Shown piece after piece: positions 35,851 to 43,384 of a DNA stretch of 48,799 nucleotides (its first letter is position 1; each line of letters starts with the position of its first letter). The notes beneath the pieces were generated by a model. The model had not been told where the DNA came from and searched no databases. It worked only from the letters and a program-made list of their open reading frames with translations. The DNA lies in NCBI GenBank assembly GCA_964576115.1, contig CAZNUA010000026.1, positions 1 to 48,799 on the forward strand, read 5' to 3'. The DNA is from an uncultured Gemmatimonadota bacterium (GTDB lineage Bacteria > Blakebacterota > Blakebacteria > Blakebacterales > Blakebacteraceae). Both the position numbers and the translations under genes were made by a program.

Positions 35851-37217
35851 TGGCCGGATTACAGATCACGATCGCTCTGGGAACCGACGATATCACGGTT
35901 CTGCTTGCCGACCGGGAGCAGGTCCTGCCTCTCGAGCGGACCCTGCGCCCCCGCCTCGAAGACCCCGGTCCGGTGCTGCAGTCGGCCTTCGGGCGGCTCG
36001 AGGCATTCCTGGAGAACGAGTACGGCGATGACCGGCCGGTGGGCGGTGTGCGCCTGCAGGTGGCGCTTGTCCCGCCCCTGAGCGAAGCCCGTCTCGTGGA
36101 CCTGCCCCCCCTGCGTCCGGCCGAGATCGAGCCGGTCCTGCGACGGATCGCCCCGCGTCATTTCCCCGGCGGGGCACACGCACTGGTGGTCAGCGGCGAG
36201 CGGTTCGACCGGCGCAGCGCGGCCCGGACGGGGCCGGTGTTTGCGACGGCCGCCGACCGGAATCTGGTCGAGGCCGTCCAGAAGGCGGTCGAATCGAGAG
36301 GCTGGAAGCTGGAGCGGATCGTCGCCGCCCAGGCCTGCTGGCTGGAGGCTCTGCAGGAGGCGGCTCCGCTTCCGGTAAAGGATCGCTCGGCCGGGAACAG
36401 CGAACCGAAACGTCTGGTCGTGGCGGTGGTGGGGAATGTCATCCACCTGCTGCGGCTGACCGGCCGGGTGCCCGATCTGCTGCGCCGGTTCGGCGCCGAT
36501 GACCCGGCGGGTGCGATCGAAGCAGCCGGCCCCGAGCCCGGTCAGGTTCTGGTCCTGGCCGGGGAGCAGCTGCGGACCGGGATAACCCGCACCTTTGCGG
36601 GAGCCGGCTGGGAGCCGCTGTCGACCGGGCCCGAGCGCGGGGCTGTCGCCGGAGCCGCGGTCGAGGCTGCGCGCCACGTTCCAGGGGCCCGGCCAGAACT
36701 CGTCTCCACGCTGACGGCTCAGGTGCGTACCCGGCACGATCGCCGCTCGGCCCGGGTCATGGTCGCGGCGGCTGTGCTCCTGCTGGCGGTTGCCGCGGGG
36801 GTGCACCTGTGGGGTCTGGACCGCGCTCTGGATCAGGTCCGTTCCGAACGCCTGGTTCTGCGGCAGATGTTCGAGCCGGCGCTGGCGAAAAACGACTCGC
36901 TCGAAAGCATGATCGGGCGGATCGAATCGCTGCAGGCCCTCGAACAGAACACCTCCCGGTGGACCGCCTTTCTGGTGGAACTCTCGGCTCTCCTGCCGCA
37001 GGACACCCATCTGGTTTCGCTGCGGGGGGAGGGTGACCGGGTGATCGTGGAAGCGGTGGGGGATCGGGCCGGGTCAGCGCTTACCGCCCTGCGCGGGGCG
37101 TCCACGTTCGGCGAGACCAGGATCGAGGGTCTGATCCGGAGGGATCTGGAGGATGGTCTGACCTCCCGGGAGCACTTCACGTTGAGTCTGGTCCTGGCGA
37201 GGGGAGGTGACCGGTGA
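35847..37217 (+). CDS. gspL: GspL/PilN-like assembly platform protein
   Basis: Cytoplasmic domain, a single TM (VMVAAAVLLLAVAAG), coiled coil, then PilN-like LVELSALLPQDTHLVSL; operon position. Confidence 0.7.
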   Translation: MMAGLQITIALGTDDITVLLADREQVLPLERTLRPRLEDPGPVLQSAFGRLEAFLENEYGDDRPVGGVRLQVALVPPLSEARLVDLPPLRPAEIEPVLRRIAPRHFPGGAHALVVSGERFDRRSAARTGPVFATAADRNLVEAVQKAVESRGWKLERIVAAQACWLEALQEAAPLPVKDRSAGNSEPKRLVVAVVGNVIHLLRLTGRVPDLLRRFGADDPAGAIEAAGPEPGQVLVLAGEQLRTGITRTFAGAGWEPLSTGPERGAVAGAAVEAARHVPGARPELVSTLTAQVRTRHDRRSARVMVAAAVLLLAVAAGVHLWGLDRALDQVRSERLVLRQMFEPALAKNDSLESMIGRIESLQALEQNTSRWTAFLVELSALLPQDTHLVSLRGEGDRVIVEAVGDRAGSALTALRGASTFGETRIEGLIRRDLEDGLTSREHFTLSLVLARGGDR

Positions 37218-37915
37218 GTTTTATGAACGGGTGGTACCGGATCAGAGATCTCTTCGCCGCTCTCTCGCCCCGGGACCGGCGCGCGATCGTCCTCGGTCTG
37301 ATGGTGCTGGCGCCGGTCCTGCTGTGGGCGGGGATCGTCCGGCCGTACCTGGGCTCGCTGGACGACCTCCGCAGCCGGCTGGAGGTCGAGCAGGCCCTGC
37401 TGGAGCGCGAGCAGCGGATCGTCCGTAACGCGCCGGAACTGTCGGCCGGGATCGAATCCGTCCGGGAGGAACTCGAGCGGTTGCAGACACGGCTGGTTAC
37501 CGCCGACAACCCGGCCCTGGCCGAAGCCGAACTCTCCGCTCATCTCGAACACCTGGCCCGCTCGAACAGGGTTCTGCTGCAGGAGGTGCGATCGACCACC
37601 GGCTCGACTCCCGAGACGGATGTGGACGGGACGGTACCGATCTATCTCAGCGTGAGCGGTGAAAGCGATTTCGAGGGGGTGCTCGACTTCTTCACGGGCA
37701 TCGAACAGGACCGGGTGCTGATGAAGATCGGGGACGTATCCCTGGGACCGGCCCCCTCGGCCGGTGAGTCGGGCAACGAGAACCGGCGCGGGAACCAGGG
37801 CGGGAACCAGAGCGGAAACCAGGTCGACGTGGTCAGATTCACGGCGGTCGTGGTGGCCTTCATGGCCGAACCGGTGTCCGCCGGAGGTGTTGAACAGATG
37901 CCTGGCGCTCGGTGA
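37214..37915 (+). CDS. gspM: GspM/PilO-like protein
   Basis: LSPRDRRAIVLG + TM + coiled coil + ESDFEGVLDFF; operon position. Confidence 0.75.
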   Translation: MSFMNGWYRIRDLFAALSPRDRRAIVLGLMVLAPVLLWAGIVRPYLGSLDDLRSRLEVEQALLEREQRIVRNAPELSAGIESVREELERLQTRLVTADNPALAEAELSAHLEHLARSNRVLLQEVRSTTGSTPETDVDGTVPIYLSVSGESDFEGVLDFFTGIEQDRVLMKIGDVSLGPAPSAGESGNENRRGNQGGNQSGNQVDVVRFTAVVVAFMAEPVSAGGVEQMPGAR

Positions 37916-37943
37916 AAGAGCGTCGCGAGAGGGAGACCCTGGT

Positions 37944-38795
37944 ATGAGAAGGTTACGTGACAGGTGGAAGATCGCCGGCGCCCTGATGCTGGCGGGCAGC
38001 GGGCTGATACTGGGGGCGACCCTGGTCCGGGCGCTCCGTTCCGAACCGGTCCCGCCCGCCGACTCACCGCCCGCGGCCGATGTCACCGGACAGGATGTTT
38101 CGTCGATCGCCTTGCAGGTGCCGACCGCGAGCGGGCCGGAAGCAGAGCCGGTCTCCCCGGCCGAGGTCCGGCAGGCCGCCGACCGGGCGCCCTTCGATCC
38201 CGAGCGGCGACCGCCGCTTGGACGCTACCGGCTCCCCGGTACGGACGAACAGATGTTCGTCCTGACCGAATCCCCTGAACTGCCGCCCGTCCCGGCCTTG
38301 CGTGTTCTCGGGACAATCAGCGGTGCCGGGGGAGGGATAGCCGTGATCCAGGCGGCGGGGGAATCGCCGAAGATCGTTTCGGTGGGTCAGACCATCGGGG
38401 GTTACCGGCTGGCCGCGGTTCGGGAAGAAGCCGTCACGGTTGCGAGCGGTGATTTCGAGATCGAACTCTCGCTCGAAACGGGAACCGCCGCCGCGCAGGC
38501 GGAGTCTCAGAATCCCTGGGAGCGCGGCAGCTGGCGGGGACAACAGGACATGGAGGCCATCATCCGGGCCATGCAGGAGCGGCTGGGAACCCGGATCGTG
38601 ATGGGCGAGGACGGCCGGGCCTATTCGGTCGCAGAAGACGGGTCGCGCCGGGAAATCCAGCTGCCCGGCATGTTCGGCGGCCGGGGCGGTCGCGGGGGCG
38701 CAGGCCGGACCGTCACCTCGACCCGGATACCCCCGGCGAGCGGGCCGGAGCCGGGCGATGATATGAGCACCAGCGAAGGCGGGTACAGATCATGA
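37944..38795 (+). CDS. Single-TM protein, GspC/PilP-like
   Basis: N-terminal TM, RAPFDPERR, LRVLGTI...IAVI...VSVGQTIGGYRLAAVREEAV (HR-domain-like); lies immediately before the secretin. Confidence 0.65.
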   Translation: MRRLRDRWKIAGALMLAGSGLILGATLVRALRSEPVPPADSPPAADVTGQDVSSIALQVPTASGPEAEPVSPAEVRQAADRAPFDPERRPPLGRYRLPGTDEQMFVLTESPELPPVPALRVLGTISGAGGGIAVIQAAGESPKIVSVGQTIGGYRLAAVREEAVTVASGDFEIELSLETGTAAAQAESQNPWERGSWRGQQDMEAIIRAMQERLGTRIVMGEDGRAYSVAEDGSRREIQLPGMFGGRGGRGGAGRTVTSTRIPPASGPEPGDDMSTSEGGYRS

Positions 38796-40462
38796 CGTTT
38801 TCCAGGTTCAACACGGGGCGGGTATTGCGGCGGATCGCCGGGACCGGTTTCGGGTACCGGGCGGCCGTCTTCGGCCTGCTCGTCATCGTTGTCACGGCAC
38901 AGCCCGCCCGGGCGCAGATCAGGCGTCCCGGGATGATGCGCGGTCAGCAGACCGCCCTGGCGGATACCGCCATCACGCTCGACTTCCAGGATCTCGAACT
39001 GGGGTACGTGCTGACCGCTCTGGCTCAGGCCGGGGGGATCAATCTCATCTATCACGATCTGCCCGACAAGCAGGTGACCCTGCGCACCGCCACTCCCGTC
39101 CTGCGGGCCGACATACCCCAGGTGATCCGGGCCCTGGCTACCGCCAACGGGCTCGCCGTCACCGAGGATCAGGGTTTCATGCGTATCGCCGGCAACGTGG
39201 CCGAACCCGATCCCCGGCAGTTCTATATCTACCGCCTGCGTCACGCCCGGGCCGCGACCCTGGCGGCCACGCTCCAGAGTCTGGTGAGCGGTATCTCGTC
39301 GTCGAATAACGAGAGAGAGATAGCCCAGCGGTATGTGGCCCTGTCGCAACAGCTCCGGGAAATGCAGCGGGCCGCCCAGGCGGAAGCGACCCAGCGCGGC
39401 CAGACGGTCTCGATCACCGGCGGTGTCGAAGCCGGATTTCAGATGGACGTCCTGATCGTGCCCGAAGAGGTCACCAACTCGCTTCTGGTCCGGGCCGCTC
39501 CGGCGGACTGGGAGATCGTCGAGAAAGCCATCGAGGCCCTCGACCTGCGCCCGCTGCAGGTCGTGATCGAGGTTCTGATCACCGAGGTGCGGCGCTCCGA
39601 CGACCTGGATCTGGGGGTCGGTTTCAGCGCCGAGCGGGGCACCGCGGGAGGGCAGGGGGTACTCGACCTGCCGAATGCGCCGGCCGAGCAGGATGACACC
39701 TTCCTCTTCCAGATCGGCGGGTTCGGCGATGTCGACGTCCAGGCCTCGCTGGCCGCCCTGGCCACCACCGGGGAGGTGCGGATTCTCTCCCGGCCGGTGA
39801 TCCTGGCCCAGAACAACCAGGAGGCCCGGATCATCGTGGGCAGCCAGCAGCCCTTCGTACAGAGTTCGCAGCTGCTGGTCGGGGATCCGACCGGCACTCC
39901 CTATCAGACCGTTCAGTACCGGGAAGTGGGGACGGTATTGAACATCCTGCCGACCATCAACGAAGACGGCTACGTGAACATGTCGGTCACCCAGGAGGTG
40001 AGCAGCGCTACCGAGGAGACCCAGTTCGGGGCCCCCGTCATCAGCACCCGCGAGGCCGAGACCAAGCTGCTGGCCATGAACGGGCAGACCGTGGTTCTGG
40101 GAGGGCTGGTCGATCGTCAGACCGAAAAGGTCCGTTCGGGGATCCCCATCCTGAAGGACCTCCCGCTCATCGGGTTCCTCTTCCGCACCACCCGGGAACG
40201 TGAGGGGACCAGCGAGCTCTTCCTCTTCCTGACACCCTATATCGTGGCCAGCGACGAGGACGCCGAGGCACTCCGCCGGCGGATCGAGGAACAGCAGGAC
40301 ACGATCCCCCCCGACCTGGCCCAGCAGAATCTCACCCCGCCGGTGACGGTCATCCCGCCCGATATTCCGCCCGATGTACCGCCCGACAGTGCACCTGGAA
40401 AACCGGTCCGATCGTGCCGGGCGCCGGAGCCGGTCGGGAGGCCGGGTGGAGCAGCCCGGTGA
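38792..40462 (+). CDS. gspD: Type II secretion secretin GspD
   Basis: ITLDFQD N0 domain, YRLRHARA, TNSLLV, LD.RP.QVVIEVLI.EV, ILSRP, NNQEA.I.VG, GQTVVLGGL, SGIPILKDLPLIG.LF, LFLTPYI. Confidence 0.93.
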   Translation: MTFSRFNTGRVLRRIAGTGFGYRAAVFGLLVIVVTAQPARAQIRRPGMMRGQQTALADTAITLDFQDLELGYVLTALAQAGGINLIYHDLPDKQVTLRTATPVLRADIPQVIRALATANGLAVTEDQGFMRIAGNVAEPDPRQFYIYRLRHARAATLAATLQSLVSGISSSNNEREIAQRYVALSQQLREMQRAAQAEATQRGQTVSITGGVEAGFQMDVLIVPEEVTNSLLVRAAPADWEIVEKAIEALDLRPLQVVIEVLITEVRRSDDLDLGVGFSAERGTAGGQGVLDLPNAPAEQDDTFLFQIGGFGDVDVQASLAALATTGEVRILSRPVILAQNNQEARIIVGSQQPFVQSSQLLVGDPTGTPYQTVQYREVGTVLNILPTINEDGYVNMSVTQEVSSATEETQFGAPVISTREAETKLLAMNGQTVVLGGLVDRQTEKVRSGIPILKDLPLIGFLFRTTREREGTSELFLFLTPYIVASDEDAEALRRRIEEQQDTIPPDLAQQNLTPPVTVIPPDIPPDVPPDSAPGKPVRSCRAPEPVGRPGGAAR

Positions 40463-41961
40463 ATCTGCCCGATCTGGAAAGCCTCGAGCCCTTCTCGGCG
40501 GATCTGACCGACGAATACCTGGAGTATCACGGGGTACTCCCGCTCGCGATCGAGCAGGGGCGGCTGCTGGTGGCGACCTGGCGGGACGAGGTCGACCCCC
40601 AGGTGCTCGACGACCTGCGCCTGCTCGGCGGAGTTCCGGTCCAACTCGTCGCTCTGCCCGAAGCGGAAGTGCGCACGGCGATCCAGCGGATCTATGCCAA
40701 CGGATCCCTGACGGCCGAGAACCTGATCGCGAATCTTTCCGAAGAACCGGTCCTCGGCGAGGGGCTGGCGGACGGGATGCTGGACGACCTGGTGGCGCTG
40801 GCCAACGAGGCCCCGGTCGTCAAACTGGTCAACCTGCTGCTCCTGGAAGCTCTCGAGGCGCAGGCGTCCGACGTGCACCTGGAATCCTATGTGGGCGGCC
40901 TGCGGGTCCGCTACCGGATCGACGGGGTGTTGCAGGACGCCCCCGCGCCGCCCCCGCGCCTCTCGGCCGCGGTGGTGAGCCGGCTCAAGATCATGGCCGA
41001 ACTCGATATCGCCGAGCGGCGGGTTCCCCAGGACGGGCGTATCCGCCTGCAGATGAGCGACCGCCAGGTGGACGTGCGGGTCTCGACCCTGCCGACCCTG
41101 CACGGCGAGAGCGTAGTGCTGCGTCTGCTGGACAAGGAGAAGGGCCGGATCGGTCTGGACGAACTCGGGATGTCGGAGCCGACGCGGCAGCGTTTCGAAG
41201 AGATCATCAACCGGCCGCACGGGATCGTGCTGTCGACCGGGCCGACCGGTTCGGGGAAGACGACCACGCTCTATGCCGTGGTGGAGCAGATCCGGACCGG
41301 GCGCGAGAAGATCGTGACCGTGGAGGATCCGGTCGAGTACGAGCTGCCCGGCGTGCCCCAGGTGCCGGTGAACACCAGGGTGGGCCTGACCTTCGCTTCG
41401 GCCCTGCGCTCGATCCTGCGTCAGGATCCCGATGTCATGCTGGTGGGCGAGATCCGCGACCGGGAAACGGCCGACATCGCCACCCACGCCGCCCTGACCG
41501 GTCACCTGGTCCTCTCCACCCTGCATACCAACGACGCGGCCACCGCCCTGACCCGTCTGATCGATATCGGGATCGAGCCCTACCTGGTGGCCAGTACGGT
41601 GGAAGCGGTGCTGGCCCAGCGGTTGGTGCGCAAGGTCTGCCCCCACTGTGCGCAGCCCGGCGAGCTGAGTGTCGAGGAAAAAATTGCCCTGGGAGTGCCG
41701 GAAGAAGAGGAGCTGCCGGTCCGCACCGGCGCGGGGTGCAGCGAGTGCCGCGGCACCGGCTTCCGCGGCCGGATCGGGATCTTCGAACTGCTGATCATGG
41801 ACGACGAACTGCGGGCGTCGCTGAGCCATGATGCCAGCGCGGGGCAGTTGAGCCGGCTGGCCCGCCGCAAGGGCATGCTGCTGCTGCACGAGGACGGACT
41901 GCGCCACGTGCGGTCGGGGATCTCGACCGCCTCCGAAGTCCTGCGCGTCGCCCGGATCTGA
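40459..41961 (+). CDS. gspE: Type II secretion ATPase GspE
   Basis: ASDVHLE, RYRIDGVL, AERRVPQDGR, Walker A GPTGSGKT, TVEDPVEY, LRQDPD..GEIRD, GHLVLSTLHTN, CPHC/CSEC Zn motif. GTG start overlaps the gspD stop. Confidence 0.96.
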   Translation: MNLPDLESLEPFSADLTDEYLEYHGVLPLAIEQGRLLVATWRDEVDPQVLDDLRLLGGVPVQLVALPEAEVRTAIQRIYANGSLTAENLIANLSEEPVLGEGLADGMLDDLVALANEAPVVKLVNLLLLEALEAQASDVHLESYVGGLRVRYRIDGVLQDAPAPPPRLSAAVVSRLKIMAELDIAERRVPQDGRIRLQMSDRQVDVRVSTLPTLHGESVVLRLLDKEKGRIGLDELGMSEPTRQRFEEIINRPHGIVLSTGPTGSGKTTTLYAVVEQIRTGREKIVTVEDPVEYELPGVPQVPVNTRVGLTFASALRSILRQDPDVMLVGEIRDRETADIATHAALTGHLVLSTLHTNDAATALTRLIDIGIEPYLVASTVEAVLAQRLVRKVCPHCAQPGELSVEEKIALGVPEEEELPVRTGAGCSECRGTGFRGRIGIFELLIMDDELRASLSHDASAGQLSRLARRKGMLLLHEDGLRHVRSGISTASEVLRVARI

Positions 41962-42047
41962 ATCCTGAACCGGGTTTGGCGTGGAGGAGCTCACTCCGGA
42001 TGGGTATCTTTCACGTACTTCTTCACATCTTCTTCAGATGAATGCCC

Positions 42048-42263
42048 ATGATCAAGTCCGCCGCCAGAATCCGTGAAGCCGAGATGAGCTGGGATCGGGC
42101 TCTCTATGCAGACATGGACTATCCTGAAGCCCTGGCCCGATTCGAAGCGCTCTGGCATCAGGCCGTGCTGGTGAATCCGGTTCTGGGACGGGATTGGCAG
42201 GAGGACGTGAAGGCCGATATCACCCTGGCGAGAGTCTTGAATGGAATCCCGGCAGACACCTGA
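42048..42263 (+). CDS. Small helical hypothetical protein, partner of the downstream nucleotidyltransferase (putative antitoxin-type)
   Basis: 71-aa ORF (EALARFEALW...DITLARVLN) overlapping the start of the NTase gene. Confidence 0.65.
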   Translation: MIKSAARIREAEMSWDRALYADMDYPEALARFEALWHQAVLVNPVLGRDWQEDVKADITLARVLNGIPADT

Positions 42264-42819
42264 TTTCGCATCTCTCATAGCCCGGATTGCCGAGGCTCTG
42301 AGTCAGGCGCAGCTGCCCTTTATGCTCATTGGGGGCCAGGCGGTTTTGCTGCACGGTCAACCGCGTCTGACCGAGGATATCGATATCACCCTGGGAGTGA
42401 ATCCAGAGGAACTGCCACTGGTTCTCGGGGCCTGTACAAATGCAAAATTGGATATCCTTCCGGATGATCCGGAAACATTCGCTGGACAAACGTATGTGCT
42501 GCCCGCCCGGGATCCGGCCACCTCAATACGAGTCGATCTCATCTTCTCTGACCTGCCCTATGAGCGCCACGCCATCGGGCGTGCCGTTACCGTCGATCTC
42601 GCCGGTGTTCAGGTACCCTTCGCTGCCGCAGAAGATCTCATTCTGCACAAGCTCTTCTCGGGGCGGCCCCGTGATATCGAGGATGTCAGGGGAGTGATCC
42701 GGCTCAGGGGAAACGATCTCGATTGGGACTATCTCGAGCAATGGGCTGGTGAGTTTTCGAGTGTGCCCGGTCGGGAGAACCTGCCCGACCTACTGGCCGA
42801 TCTCAGACCCGATTCCTGA
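42241..42819 (+). CDS. Nucleotidyltransferase (AbiEii/DUF6036-like)
   Basis: MLIGGQAV..HG.PRLTEDIDI (GG + DxD), VDL, EDLILHKL..GRPRDIED, LDWDYLEQW. Confidence 0.85.
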   Translation: MESRQTPDFASLIARIAEALSQAQLPFMLIGGQAVLLHGQPRLTEDIDITLGVNPEELPLVLGACTNAKLDILPDDPETFAGQTYVLPARDPATSIRVDLIFSDLPYERHAIGRAVTVDLAGVQVPFAAAEDLILHKLFSGRPRDIEDVRGVIRLRGNDLDWDYLEQWAGEFSSVPGRENLPDLLADLRPDS

Positions 42820-42933
42820 GGCAGTATCCCGCTCTCGCCAACCACAACCGGAAGCGCCCCGGGAGAGACCGTCGTGGCACTGCCGGACCGGTAGTGAAAC
42901 TTTGCCTGACCGGATCCCGTATCTGAGATGAAC

Positions 42934-42958
42934 CCTCCCCTATGAACCTTATGGGAGG
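42934..42958. promoter_or_regulatory. Imperfect inverted repeat, putative PadR operator
   Basis: CCTCCC-CTATGAACCTTAT-GGGAGG about 65 nt upstream of the second padR. Confidence 0.4.
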
Positions 42959-43024
42959 AGTGAGGCTGGTGAGTAACCGGCTGAGAGCCCGGTGAAAATG
43001 CCGGTGAAGGAGGAATCCGAACGC

Positions 43025-43384
43025 ATGAATTCCCGATCGATGGATCTCGTCAGAGGTACCCTCAACATGCTCATCCTGAAGGCGCTCATCTGGGGGCCGC
43101 GCCACGGGTATGACATCATGGGATGGATGAAGCAGGAATCGAAGGGGGACCTCAGCCTGGAGGAGGGCGCTCTCTATCCGGCCCTGCACCGGCTTGAAGA
43201 GCGGGGACTCGTCAAGGCGGAATGGGGGTATTCGGAGAACAACCGGAAGGCCAAGTTCTACTCGCTCACCGAACGGGGCCGGGAACAGCTCCGGGACGAA
43301 ACGGCTCTCTGGAACCGCTATGTCGGGGCGGTCGGCGCCCTGCTTGCCAGCGAGAATGCGATGACCGGGAGAGGGGAACGGTAA
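43025..43384 (+). CDS. PadR-family regulator (Acidobacterial PadR type)
   Basis: DLVRGTLNMLILKAL..GPRHGY, EEGALYPALHRLE, EWG.SENNRKAKFY. Confidence 0.94.
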   Translation: MNSRSMDLVRGTLNMLILKALIWGPRHGYDIMGWMKQESKGDLSLEEGALYPALHRLEERGLVKAEWGYSENNRKAKFYSLTERGREQLRDETALWNRYVGAVGALLASENAMTGRGER

